A DNA stretch of 64,000 nucleotides, from positions 62,001-126,000 of the forward strand of contig NW_019028994.1 of the NCBI RefSeq assembly GCF_002105155.1. The letters are read 5' to 3'. Below the pieces are notes generated by a model. It had not been told where the DNA came from. It saw only the letters and a program-made list of their open reading frames with translations, and ran no database searches. Positions 32,801 through 46,428 of the stretch are shown here, piece after piece. Source of the stretch: Lobosporangium transversale. Lineage: Eukaryota. The position numbers and the translations under genes are program-made. The stretch's first letter is position 1; each line of letters starts with the position of its first letter.

Positions 32801-35305
32801 CTGCGGCAGCTAATCACCATCTGAGCCATCCACTCTCCAGGCTTATTCAGTTGATTGGCGACATACAAGTTGTTGGTCTGCATGCTCTCATCATACCCAT
32901 CACAGATCAGGATGAATGACCGATTCTTCTTCAGCTCCTTGATGCGTGAGTCTGTAAAATCATAGTCTCGCAGTTGCTTTGTAACCAGATCCTTCTCTGG
33001 CTTGTCGATGGCTGGAAGATTAATAAATAGTGGAATCCGACCATGTCTCTTTTGGTATGTCTCCCAGAGTGTGCGCTCTAGAGTGCGATTGAATGTGGAC
33101 TTGCCTGCTCCTGAATCTCCTTGGATAAGTAACACTTTCTGATCGCTGCCCAGGAACTCGCTCACCTTGTCCATCAGCAAGAACAGCTTATTATCGCTTG
33201 CTTGAGGACTTGCTTTAGCATATTGTTGGATGTAGAATCCATGGTTGCTTCCAATCTCCATCCGCCGTCGCTTTAGCTGCCGTAGACTGTCCTCAACACT
33301 GGGTCGGTTTTGTGCACGATCAAGCAAATGTGAAGATGTAGATGGAGGATGTGTGACGAAGAAGGGATGCTGGGTCGTTGACCCTTGAAGACAATTCTTA
33401 TATAGTTCTTGTTTCTTGAGGTCTCCATATTCCTCTAGATCATTCAAGAGAGTGTCTGCAGCTGGAAAGAGAAGGAATAAGAGTATGTGTATGGAGTGAG
33501 TAGGTAAAATCATCATATACTGAGCGCCGCCAATATCCAAGTATATCCACAGAAAAAGAGAAAATATATGCACCTTGTAGGCCATTCGGTGATAATAAGG
33601 ATAGCTGTCTAACGATACTTATGATCCATTGCTTGACATGTGTATGGTAAGGCCACTCTTGGTCATTCTTGTAGATCTCTCCTAGGAACGTGATGGCATC
33701 ATGTCGAGTATCCATACTCCACTGTGTATCTGCTGCAATCTGTCCCAGCCTCTGACATAGTCCCCATTGGAATGCTGCATCATTTCTGCAGGGTGCTTCA
33801 CACATAGGAGTCTTGAACTTGGTCAGTTCGCCTATCTGGAGTAGTGCGTCGGCTCCACGCAGTGTTGGATACCATGCTGTTTTGCGACTAAAACTGAATC
33901 CTTCCTCCATACATTGTCTGAATGCCGATCCACTCTCATATAGTGATGTTGCATTTTCATATATCCCTAAGCTCATGTAAATAGCAGCTGTCACAGAAGG
34001 AAGTCCTCTCTGGGTGTTGCTTATCTCATCCATGAAGGCATTCAGATCTAAGCCTTTGACTGCACTCACTACTCCAAACAGTCCTCGGAGCACTGCTGAT
34101 GCCCGTCGAAGCATGGCTTGCATTGTTGATTCATCGTCTGGAATATACAATAGAGCTTGGAAAGCATAAGCTGCTTGGTAGACAAGGTGTGGATCTGAGC
34201 TATCTTTTAGTCCCTGGAGGTATACAGCAAGTGGCTCATGAAGTTGTTCTCGCTTCAGACCCTTGACTTGGTTGTTGACCATGACATCGAGCACATGTGA
34301 AACTGCAGCAGACAGGCGATAAAGGTGGTCTCCAGATTGGCCATGGGTACCTTGTAAGCGGGAGCTGAGAGTGTTAAGGGTTAAGACAAGGTCATCCGAG
34401 CCAAGGTATCCAGAAGGGCCATTTTGCATCAACTGGGCCAATCCCTCCAATAAATGAACCGCAAGCATGATGTTCTGACTGATCCCATTGACTAAAGTCA
34501 TAAGCAGTCTCCTAAATTGGGCTTGATCCAGGATTGGAGTCAGGGCCACAACTTCAGTGACAGTGGACTCGGTCTTGATGTCCTCGTTGATGAACATGTC
34601 AATCACATCTGATGCCAGTTTATGCAGTCGCTCATGCTCATCTTGGTCGTTTGATATGGCCTGGCACCACTCTTTCTCGCGGTCATTAAGATCACTTGTT
34701 GAAACAGAACCAATAGAAAGCAGACTAAGACAATACACGAGCTGGTGGATATCGTTCAGATGGGTATTAGCATCTGGTAGGCTGTGCCTGATGATCGTTG
34801 GAGGTTCATTGTGATCAAATATGTCCTCAGGAATAGTTGTATTGGTCAGCGCTGGCACAACTTTATTGGATCTGGTGCTACTGGCTCCACTACTTCCTTG
34901 TTTAGCGCCGGTGCTGTTATCGCTGCTATCGCTATTATTGTTGCCATTGGCGCTGTTTCCCTGGACGTATCCCCATTTCTCAGCTTTCCTGGCACGTCTT
35001 TGAGCACTGTCTGAATGACCTAGTTGTTCATATAAGCGAGCAAGTTCATGGTAGGCTATGGCTATGTTTTGGCGCAGTGCTAGGTTTTCATTGGAAGCTA
35101 TAGAGGCTGAAGACATTAGGATGTGGGATATTCTCGCAGGCCGCTGCATCCGAGATAACGCAGAGTCAGCATCGAGACATAGCTCCATCAGAATGTCATT
35201 ATCGTCGTCTATAATGCGAGTACCCTTCATGTAGAAATCAAAGAGTCTCAGGGCCTGTGCTGGCAAGAGTGCGCGTCGTGACAGAGTTCCCATAGAGTCA
35301 AACAT
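29897..35305 (-). pseudogene. NLR-like STAND gene (helical/Arm-like N-terminus, NACHT, pentapeptide repeats, WD40) with disrupted C-terminal half
   Basis: Intron 33573-33462. Walker A GDSGAGKS, Walker B ILICDGYDE, ISCR, AAANAMTIL, pentapeptides ADLRGIRIPGADLS...ADLRKVNLR, WD40 repeats (GH...SPDG...SGSxDxTVRxWD) and terminal GLGAVNRELLMQRGA. Frameshift near 32370; in-frame stops at 31626, 31497, 31104, 30284 and 30263; further frameshifts near 31000 and 30750-30660. Confidence 0.88.
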
Positions 35306-35643
35306 GGCTAAGGTAGTATAGTTTTTTTATTTTTTTATTTTTTTATTTTTTTATTTTTTATTTTTTAATTGACAATGTTTATTGAATAAAGAGAGGAAGA
35401 AAGATAGAAAGGGAAAAAAAGTTCTTCTTTCCGCACGTGGCTCTTGAAGAACTCGAGTATCTGTGAATGATGCCATGCTTTCTAATCCATCTTTTTTTTT
35501 TTTCCCTCTCCACCTTCGTTTGCATTCCACACATTGTTTGTCTCTCGGGTCTGCTTCACATTCCCTTTTCCCGCACATTCTTCTTTACTTGGGCTGTTTT
35601 GCACGAATCTTTAATCTAATTTTGAATACAAACCATCATTTGC

Positions 35644-36548
35644 ATGTCACACAACGATGATCAGCAACCATGGAAGAGAAGGAACCCGTTATGGACAGTC
35701 ATTTTCTTGTCTTGTATCGTCGCCTTTGCTGTCTTGACACCATTAGTAGAAGCTCAACCTCCTCCTAGTCCGCCTCTTCCCTCTTCTGGAGCCTCACCCC
35801 GGGCAACAAATACTGTTTCTACCTCAACAAGGACAGCAGCACCCTTACCGTCTCAGATACCTATCCCGCCACCGGATCCACCAACGCCCATTGTTAACCT
35901 TCCTCCGGGGACTCGTGAGTTACAGGATGGACAGGTTGTCGCAGACAGAGTTGGACAAGGTCAACTTCAGACCTACCATTTATCAGTTGTTCAACAACAT
36001 CTTCCTGTTCGACGACAATTGGAGCGGATCATTTTTCATCCAGGCCCAAAGGAACTCTACAAACGACAAGTAACGTACTCGCCGACATCATCGGCAGGCT
36101 CTGGATCATTAATACCCACGTCAACTACTTTTGGGGTTGGAGGGCCTATACCAGCACCTACCAGAACCATTGCACCTACACTTCCTTCGCCTTTTGCAAA
36201 TGGTACATATGCGGTGTACATATCGGTATCAACGTGCTCAACACCCAAATCAGGAGCCAATTTATGTCCACCGTTAATGATGTACATATCCGTTTCAGCT
36301 AGTCAACCCCTACCAGGACCAGGGCAGGACCCTAAAGTGGTGCAGGTAGTTACGAGTCAGGAGGGTTTGATCCAGTTCACAGCTTATACGAATAAGGATA
36401 TTTTCTTTAGTCTCCAAGCACCGGCCTTGCAAGGTGCCTGGACAGGTGATTGGGCTGTAGAAGTAGGCGCATCAAGCCAAGGTAAGGGAGGAAAAAGTTA
36501 AAATAAAAAGCGTTCGTTGCGATAGAGTATAATGGCACAGCCCTTTTT

Positions 36549-36585
<37 letters not shown>

Positions 36586-37752
36586 GTTTGTTTAGGATAT
36601 GTGCAAGGATATCAGAGTTCACAAGGATTAGTTCTCGATGATTCGGATAGTACCAATGCCAGCTTCTTGACACATAATTTCACAGCAGTTCCGACGTTCA
36701 AAGTTTATTTGGTCAATTCGACTTCTTTACCTGTAGGGCTGACCCATTCGTTATGTGCGATCGAGGTCATTCAACCCATGCCTCTTACCAAAGCCAACAT
36801 GGTGGTGACTCAGACGAATAGGACGAGTAATTTGGATGGGTCTCAAGGGAGGTTGATCCTTCCACCAGAGCCAACGTTTGAACAGTTTGGACAACGACGA
36901 CAGGTATTGGTTCAGGGCTTGAGACCGGGAACAGAATATACTGCGTTCTTTATTACGGATGTGTTGAATCAAGCAGGAGCTGAGGTGATGTATGCGATGA
37001 CACCCTTTAGGACTAAACGACGTGATAATTGTGTGTTGATCACGGATCTACAACTTTGCAGGGAGGTAGCCTATGCAGTCCCAGTCACGCCTCTCTCGAC
37101 GTTACCGGGCAGCAGTAGTGGCACGACGGTCCAGCAGGATGTGAAGCATTACTATGATGATTTCACAAGTCGGTTGATGGAGACTTTTACAAAAGTGTTG
37201 AAGCAGTACGATTGTTCGAAATCACAATATTCATTTATCAGGAACTGTACAGATTGTGAGCGGGCCTATCGACGGTGGCTGTGCGGTGTTTCGATCCCTC
37301 GGTGTACGGATGTGGAGGATATTACGGATTCGAACAATTACGGATATGTGAGGCCTGAGGACATCGATCCTCATGCGGCAGAGAACCCCTATTTACTTGA
37401 CCGATCGAATGGACCTGTGGTCGTTGGGAGAAATACCAGTACATCGAGAGGAGCGGTTGCTCAACTGTCTGCTGAGAATAATACGTTGATGAACCCAGGA
37501 GAGTATGGGGAGGTGTTGCCATGTGTGGATCTGTGTTATGATGTTGTGCAGAGCTGTCCAAGTTTCTTGGGATTTAATTGCCCGGTCAAGAACATGGGTG
37601 GTAATTATGCACGGATGAATGCTGGGGGATTCCAATGCAATGGATTGGGCATAGTATCGATTCCATCAGGAGCAAGGGCCTCAAGGTTGTCGATGTTGAA
37701 AAAGCAAGGGATTGTTGCGATCATGGTCATAGTGTCGATTCTCGTTTCATAA
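35644..37752 (+). CDS. MID1: Mid1 stretch-activated Ca2+ channel subunit (Cch1 partner)
   Basis: Exons 35644-36481 and 36596-37752. Signal peptide, YISVSTC, Cys-rich C-terminal domain (NCVLI..LQLCREVAYAVP, YSFIRNCTDCERAYRRWLCGVSIPRC, YGEVLPCVDLCYDVVQSCP..LGFNCP) and a hydrophobic GPI-like tail. Confidence 0.93.
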
Positions 37753-38667
37753 AGGGTGACAAAGAAAGAAAGGGAGAAAGAAAGTAAATGACCCTGAAAA
37801 GAAATATGGATTAAACTAGGATGAACAACAAAAAACTGTCTTTGATATCTCTTGGACATAATAGAGTTGAGCTGGTTAGTTGATTAGTTTGTTAGTTTGT
37901 TAGTGAATGTTGTGAAAAAGAACAAGGACAATTGAGTGTACAACAAACAAACAAATGACAAATGAGAGAACGTGCTAAAAGAAAAAAAAAAGGTGGCTGT
38001 GGTTTTTTATTTAAAAAAAAGGGTTAGGCCATGCAGCAGCAGCAAAGAGCTAAAAGGGAGTAAAGTAAAGCCGTAGCTAGGCATGCTATGACAGAAGTAA
38101 CCTTCGAGTGAATCTCTTCACCCCCGTTCTGCCCCTAGTCCAACTCCCTTTTCTCTCTTTTCTGTATTCCCTTATTCCCTTTTCCTCTTTTTCTTTTTCT
38201 CCTTCTAATTTCTCCTTTCATTCTCCTACTCTGCATGTGTGTGTCACTGTCTAAATATGAAGAAGATGAAGATGAAGATGGATGCATGCATACCACTTTG
38301 AGAGCAGTTTTTTTTTTTTTTTTTTTTTTTTTTTTGTTCCTGGAAGCAAGAGGCGCGTGTTAATGTGTTAATCAAAGTATAATTTTTTTTTTTTTTTTTT
38401 TTTTTAGTCTAAGGGACAATCAACTCAACTTCACACCTTCTTCTCTTCATCATCATCTCTCATCCATCCCATCCATTCGTATTCATTTTCCCTTTTTTTC
38501 CTTTATTCTTTTTTTCTTTTTTCTTTTCCCTTGATCCCCAGCTTGGTTCCATCTGTTGCGTGCGTCTGTGTGTGTTGTTGTTGTCGCACGTAGCAACCCG
38601 GTTTGGACCTTCTTTCTTACCCTAAAAGAGAGAGTATTTCTTTTAATTTGTCATCTGTTCATCACCC

Positions 38668-38668
<1 letters not shown>

Positions 38669-38698
<30 letters not shown>

Positions 38699-38737
38699 CA
38701 CTCAATCAATCATTCATTCATTTAATCAATCAATCAA
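38669..38737. repeat. (TCAA)n / (TCAT)n imperfect microsatellite in the NEM1 5' region
   Basis: Run of caatcaatcaat... directly upstream of ATG 38780. Confidence 0.75.
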
Positions 38738-38779
38738 CCCATTCAATTACATTTAATTACTTTTAATCTTTCAATCCAA

Positions 38780-41036
38780 ATGATCTCTCCTTCCAATCTA
38801 CCTTCCCCTGCTGGGTACTCCTTTGGGTCTTATGAACCCATCCATAATAACACAAACAATAGTAACCATCGAGGGAAAAGTGATAGCCACGAAGCCTTTA
38901 TTCGACAGCGTCGAAAGAGTTCTGTAACACCATCACTCTCTTTGCTTCGTAATAACAACAACAACAACTCAATTCGTACACGTAGTCAAAGTCTGGATAA
39001 CAACAACAACAACAGTAACAACACCATCTTCAGCCTTCACAGCTCTTCTTCTTATTCTACTTCTACTTCCACCTCTACCTCCATTGCAACTCTTGCTGGG
39101 AAAATTGCTCATTCTGCTCATTCGGCTCATATCACAAACACTGCCACTGTTGCTGCCACTGCTAATGCCTCTGGAACCACAATGTCCTCAACAACATTCC
39201 AAAAAATCAATGCCCTCTCTTCTACAACAACTACAACAACTGCAACTACAACGACTGCATCTTTATCGGTAGCACTCTGTCGCTCTTTGGTCTTGAAATA
39301 CATTTACATGACCTACTTATTCTTTCTCCAGCTCTTGGTCTGGCCTACAGCCGCAGTCAAGAAATTCCTTTATCAACAACAACATAAACGGGCAGGAATG
39401 GCAATAGCTACAGGATCAGGACTAGGATTCGGAGCAGTCGACATAGGCAGAGTTGCTCAGGACTTTTTAAAACAATATACCTTGGATAACCATCTTGCAC
39501 CTGTCCATGACAGTGACAAACTTAACAATAATACCGACACCAGCACTAACATTAGCATTAATAGTAATAATCATAACAGCAACAATAACAACAACAATAG
39601 CAATAATAACCAACACCAGGGTACTACAATGCTGAGAAGATCTTCTCGGTTCAAGTCACGATCAGATCTAGAAGAGATTGCTCAATCATCTACACCATCA
39701 TCATCATACTCAACAACAACAACAACAACAACAACAGCAACAACAACAACAACAACAAAACGAAATAGTGGTGGTTTAGTTTCTAGATCATCTTTATTAT
39801 CATCAGGATATGGAACAGATTCCATGGCCGAGGATGGAGGCTCTGGGGATAACTCGACCACCCCAACGTCCTCCATGATCCGTGGGAATCAAGGGCGGTT
39901 AAGACAACGGATGTCTCGGCCCATGTCGGGCCTTGGACATGGAGGATTCGGAGCAAGGAAAAAAACCTTAGTGTTAGATTTGGACGAGACATTGATACAT
40001 TCCACATCCAGAGGATCACGCTCTCAAGGATACATGGTCGAAGTATTGGTTGATCGACATGCATGTCTATATTATGTCTATAAACGACCTCATGTGGACT
40101 ACTTTCTGAAGAAGGTATTTTAAGCCATGCAGACAACTCATATTACTATTATTATTATTATTATTATTGTCACTATCATTATTTACTAATACTCATTATT
40201 ATTCCATTATTCATGGAAATATAAAAAATATAGGTGTCTGAATGGTACAAGCTGGTGATTTTTACAGCTTCCATGGCAGAATATGCAGATCCTGTCATCG
40301 ATTGGTTGGATCAGAACCGCACCCTGTTTGAAAAACGGTATTTTCGCCAGGTAATTATGAACACATTCAACATCATCCATGCGGGTCGGTTCACATCATG
40401 ATCCTTTCTTTTCTTTTTTCTTTTTATTTTACAGAACAGAGCACTGACCTCTTTTTTTTTTTTTTTTTTTTTTTTTACGTTATTCTTCTTATTTTTACGT
40501 TTACGCCTATGTTTGTTTATGTTTACGTTCATGTTTTCGTTTACTTTTATGTTACTGTTACATTTACGTTTACTTTTTTTTATCATAGGCTTGTTTCTTC
40601 CGTAATGGTAGTTACTTGAAGGACCTTACGGTAGTAGAACAGGATTTGTCCTCTGTCTGTCTACTTGATAATTCACCTGTATCATATTCACTCAATAAAG
40701 GTAAGCAAGTAGGAAACATGTGTGTGTATGTGTGTATGTGTGGATGTGTGGATGTGTGGATGTGTGGATGTGTGTATATACAGCATGGCATGACCTATTT
40801 TTTTTTTTTTTTTATTGAATTTTTTTTTCCTTTTTCCTTCTTTTTTCTTTTTTCTTGTTTTGTTTTCTTGCTTCTTTTTGTCATGGTAACAACACATAAA
40901 CACAGAAAATGGTATCCCTATCGACAGTTGGATCGATGACCCGAACGATGAGGCCCTGTTGGACCTACTTCCGTTCCTTGATGCTCTTCGATTCACAGAA
41001 GATGTGCGGTCTATCTTATCTTTGAGAACCATTTAA
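38780..41036 (+). CDS. NEM1: Nem1/Dullard (CTDNEP1) HAD-family phosphatase
   Basis: Exons 38780-40114, 40234-40350, 40589-40700 and 40906-41036. Motifs [53 protein letters not shown] and C-terminal [17 protein letters not shown]; one N-terminal hydrophobic segment. Confidence 0.93.
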
Positions 41037-41386
41037 AAAGAAAAAAATAATAATAATAATAATAATAATCTTCCTTCAAAATCTAACAAGATTTATTAAA
41101 ATTAAAATATATAATTAAAAAGTAAAAGTAGAATTAAAAATAAAATTAAAATAAAAATAAAGCAAAGTAAAAGAGGGAATGAAAATGAAACAAATGCGCT
41201 CCTCTTTCATTTTTCATTGATCATTTTCCAGATTAATTTAATTGTATTTACATGTCTATCTCCTTGTCGGATTTTATTTTTAATATCAATTTTATCGATT
41301 TGCTTATTGTATATATTGCTGACCATTCTATTGATCTATTGCTTTACTCCTTGCTTTGCAACTTACTCTGACCACACCATCGGCTC

Positions 41387-44300
41387 TCACCGTTCATCCT
41401 CTTCCTTAGCCAACTCAGTCTTGACTTCAGCTGCTGTCTCCTTCTCCTCCTCCTTCTCCTCCTCCTTTTCCTTCTCCTTCTCCTCTTCAATTTCTTTATT
41501 TCCTTCTTCTTCATCATCATCGTCTAGCAGCTCTTGCCAGTCATCCACTACCTCGTCTGTAAATTCCCCTTCCTTTATAACCACAAACTTTGCCAAATCA
41601 TCTTTCATCTTTGAATGACGGCCGCTGCTACTGCTCTCAGCTGAGGTCGAGCTAGATCCACCAGCTGTCAGGACCGATGGTGGCAACGATGATATAGATC
41701 CAGCACCTGCTACTTCCTCATCCCATGCATCCGAACTCAATGTTCCTGCTGCCTCCTTGGCCTTCAAGATCCTCTCCTCTTCGGCCCTTTTGGCTGCCGC
41801 AATACGCTCATCATCATCCAATAATGCAAACGTATTTGCTACTTTTGCAGGCGCATGTTTCTGTTGTAACCATTGATTACCCTGGCTAGCATTGAAGAAT
41901 CGTTTTTGAGATCCACCCCCAATACTTGTATGACTAACCACCTCTCCCTCCTTATTGACCCAACACAACTCAACTCGATCGCAGAGGTTATTGCTCTTGG
42001 CAGCCGCAGCCTTGATCCCTGTTCGTAAGCGGATGAGCACAGCTTCTAATTCATCCATCTGCATCGAACCAGGATGTGGTACCAATACAGCGTCATCATC
42101 TGTCAACCACCGGATGCCATACTTGATGTTCCCGAAAATGGGCGCCAATTGTGCCGCTAGCTCTGAGCGTGTAAGTCCAAAGGCCAAATCATGCAAGTAG
42201 ATCGCATTCACGGGATCTTTGATCGTTGGCTTCCGAAGTTGCTCCACAGCATTGGTAGTGCCACTGCTAGAAGAGGATGCCCCAGTTGATCGTCTCTGAC
42301 GACAAGCTTGAGAGACCAACAGGTCAGGCACAGATGTGTTATGTTGTCTCATGATATTGACACTTCGATAGGGCTCAACATCCACACTCTCCGAGATGAC
42401 ATTGTAGTGAGCAGCGAGCTCATGAACAAACTTGCGGCGATGGCCCTTCATTGGCGGGAAATAAAGGATCGGTTTCGAAGTATCTGCAACCCATTCTGCC
42501 AATTGCTTCTCAATCTTGAGCGTAAACTCCATACTAGCAGAAGCATAGTCCAAAACATAATCATCGTATTCAGGTATGCGAGGACCCCTAAAATAACAAG
42601 TAAATAAATAAATAAATAAAACGTTGATATTTAAACAACGAGTTCGTTTTCTGGGAGGAAGAAGAAGAGAAGAAAAAAAAAAAAAAAAAAACACACTTTC
42701 AGATACTTACGGTGCATGCGTTCCTTCCTCAATCTCGAGGGCAAGAGCAACTCGTCGGTTACGCTCTGCGATCAAGCAATAATCATTGCATTTGATGATT
42801 CTTGGTTTGCCATCCCATGGATTCTCTGTAGTCGCATTACAGGCCGATTCCATTGTCAAGTGTCCGCATTTGCAGCTTGAAGGTACAATCACAGAACAAG
42901 GTTGATCTTCAGGGCATGGTGTGTCACCATGACATGTCATACCACACTTGTGTCCGCAGCTCTTGCGCGGTTTGGGACAAGGCTGATGACAGACATCTGT
43001 TGGTGGTGATAGACATCCGCCAGAGTGACATGACTTGATACACGTATGCAAGTTACAATCCAGTCGCTTGCCACAGACCTTGCCACATGATGGGTTATTC
43101 TTGTGACAAGGTACATTGGGCATAAGGGTCTTTTTACACATACATTCTTTTGGTACGAGCATAATACAGGGCGGACATGGCTCACTATCGGGATGGCAAG
43201 GATGGTTGGAGAAGGAAGTGTGTCCACAAGCGCGTGGACGCGTGCAACTATACCGACACTTTGGAATAGGAGTGCCACATGGGATAGGAGCTTGCACAAC
43301 AGTGCGGCCGCATGCACATGAGAGGTCTTCAAATGAAGCGCCTATTTTTAAAAACAAAATACAGATTGTTTAATCAAATCAATTCCAAAAACGTGCATAC
43401 CCAAATGACCGTTGAAAGAAAAAAAGGACATTAAAAAAAACTTACGCAGGCAAGGGTTGCAATGTCCTTTGTGGCACAACATTTCACAGGTATGAACACC
43501 ACATTGGAGCTTTTTGCCACACACTAACGGACAAGTATGGGCCTCCAAAGCGGCAGGATCGATCTTTCCTGTTTTCGTCTTGTTCTTACCAGGACAACAT
43601 CGATTCGTGCATTCATGTTTGCCACAGGTACGAAGGCCCCTACACAGACGGTCACACGTTGGGAGCTCATCTCCATAAAGACCCAACTCTGAGCAAACTC
43701 TCTGGACCCTGGTGGATCCACAACGACAGTTCACTTCAACTTTCATCCTACATGGTGAGCATTCACCGAGATGACATTTTTGCATGCAGCGATGTCCACA
43801 GTTCAAGGGTTTTTTACAAACACCTCCACAGACAGGAATCGGGTCAGTACAGGACTCTCTTGTCTTGCCCTTCAACAAAACCTCGACGGACTTTGATCCA
43901 CAGGGACATGTCTTGACTACTTCAGGTCTGGCAGGGCATTGCCCTAACTCTTTATCTAATGGATGACAGCCCTTGGTGCACTCATGATTACCACATGCAA
44001 GAGGCCTAATTTTGAGATCAAATAGATAAACAGTTAAGATCGATTGAATTGATATCTCATGAATAGAGAGAGGAAGCCCATGATCCTAAAAAAGACCTCA
44101 AACGTTCACAACATACCTATTACAGGTCTCTTCACAGCCATAAAATCCTGTCACATCCTTGCCATCTACTATAGAAGTTCTAGGCTCCCCATCGCCACAG
44201 CGCGCTTGGCGTTGATGCTTTCCACAGTAACATTGCTGCTCCTCTACTTCTTCACAGGGTGGACACAGCCCAGGGTGACAAACAGATGAACATGTGTGTT

Positions 44301-46270
44301 TTCCACATCCTAAAAGCTCATCACAAACTTTGTTGCATGATCTTCCTGTTTGGAATGTAAAATCTGTGTCAACACAGCGCAGTTGGAAGGTATCGTTTCC
44401 ACAGTAGCATGATTGAATAGGGCCGAGACCACTGCATGGGGGACATGGCCCAGGATGGCAAGGACTATAGGAAAAAGTAAAAATAAAAGTAAAACCAATT
44501 CATGTGTGAAAAATAAATAAATAATAGATAAAATAAAATGTTTAGCGCAGCAAAGCAGAGATAGAAAGACTTACATATTACATGGATGAGGACACTCTCT
44601 AGAGCGACCGCAACGCTCCCCACAGGAATGGGGAGTGAAATAACGGTTGAACTCTGGGTTATTGACCTTTCCACAGAAACAGACATACTCCTTTGGAATC
44701 GACATCTGAGTGTTCTGGCATCCAGGGCAGCGCCATCCAGTTCCGTTATTATTGGCATCTAAGTATCAAAGAAAAAAAAAACCCCCCAATACGACACAGA
44801 GTACAGAATTAGTCGTCTCTCCTTTTCCTTTTATACACATGTTAAAATAGCAGAGCCATCCTAACCCAAAGTTTCTTTTTTTTTTTTTTTCTTTTCCTCT
44901 TTTTTACCTTCAGACGATTTCTTGGCCCATTTAGAAAGACAGTCCAGATGGAATGCAGCCCAACAGACCTGACAATTCCAAATCTTGTGGGCTGGCCGGA
45001 TGACATCCCAACAAACCATACAATCATACGTCGAGTTCGTAAGGCCAGTCGTAAGCGCAGCCATCAGATCTTTATCTTCTTCCGCCTTTCGTACAGACTT
45101 CCTGGAATGAACAAACCGTTGTTGCTGTTGTCCGTTCCTTGGACCATTTCGTTGAGGCCTAGAGCTCTCTCCTGTCTGCTGCTGATGATCTGCGCCGTTG
45201 AACGATGCTACTGCTGCAGAAGGAAATGCACGACCACCCTGATCAGCTGTCTTTCGATTTCTCTGTCGTCTATTGTTATTATTGTTGCTGCTGCTACCTT
45301 CACCATCGCCTTGTTGAGAGCTACTATTATTGCTATTGTTATTGTATCGGCTATTGTTGTTAGATCTACGGGGATTAGAAGAAGATGTTTCTGCTTGTGT
45401 ATTATTTGCTCCATCTTCTTTAGTTCGTCGTGATCCTCCCCTGTTTTCGCCTCTACTTTGCTGATGTGATTTTAATACGGAAGTTGATGATGGCGAGGGT
45501 GATGATGATAATGAAGATGCGGTAATGTTGGCTTCCTTGTCTTTGCCTTTGCCTTTACGACGTCTTTCACGACGACGATCTAACCCAGATCCAGATCCAG
45601 AAGCACCAGATTGATTCTTCCTGACCGATTCTCCTTCTTCTGAAGGCTCAACAGGACGCTCCATATTGATTTCAATATCATCTTCGTCGTCATCGATGCG
45701 TGCACCACCACCACCACTGAAACGATTCTCGGGGGTTTGTTTTGGCGTACGTCTGCGACGGCTCTTGCTTTTGTTGTTAGTGCTGTTGGTGGTATTGGTA
45801 TTGGTATTGGTATTGGCATCGACATCGGCATTGGTATTGGAGGTGGTAGTGTCAACGGATGCAGATCCGATAGCATGATCTGAAGGTTTGTTGTCCTTTA
45901 CTATCGTTCTACCGTTGGCGTTATTGTTTGATTTATGGACTGAATTACCTTGACGTCTACTTCGATTCCGTGGATTAGTGCTATTACTATTCGATCCTGA
46001 TGGTTCTGCAGAGGAGCCTTCCTGAGAGACTAGAGCAGCTTGAGGGACATAATCCTTGGCAGCTGGGTTGAGCTTGCCTTTACCCTTGGCTGGCAATGAT
46101 TTCTTTGAAGATCCTGACCCTTCAGTTCCAGTTCCAGTTCCAGTTCCTGATACTGCTGAGGCATTGCTCATACCAGTTCCAGCTGAGGCAGCACTGTTGT
46201 TAGTGGTGTTGTTGTTGGTAGTGTTGTTACTTGAGTGGCCATGATTGACAGTGTTAGCTGAATCACCCAT
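41387..46270 (-). CDS. FAP1: NF-X1/Fap1 zinc-finger protein (RING-like, NF-X1 repeats, R3H)
   Basis: Six exons with in-phase GT-AG junctions. Motifs YDCMVC...[14 protein letters not shown]...W, WRCPGCQ, many CGxHxCxxxCHxGxC repeats, and R3[17 protein letters not shown]...[10 protein letters not shown]. Confidence 0.93.
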
Positions 46271-46380
46271 GGAGATCTGAATGTGAGATTCTGGAATTGT
46301 TTTATTCTTCCTTGTTATTGTTTAATATGCGCTTTTTGTTTCTGTGAAACAAGGACACGAGTGTAAGGTGGGCAAAGAAA

Positions 46381-46428
46381 GAAGAAGAAGAAGAAGAAGA
46401 AGAAGAAGAAGAAGAAGAAGAAGAAGAA
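46381..46428. repeat. (GAA)16 microsatellite upstream of FAP1/NFX1
   Basis: Pure GAA run followed by GA repeats. Confidence 0.9.
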
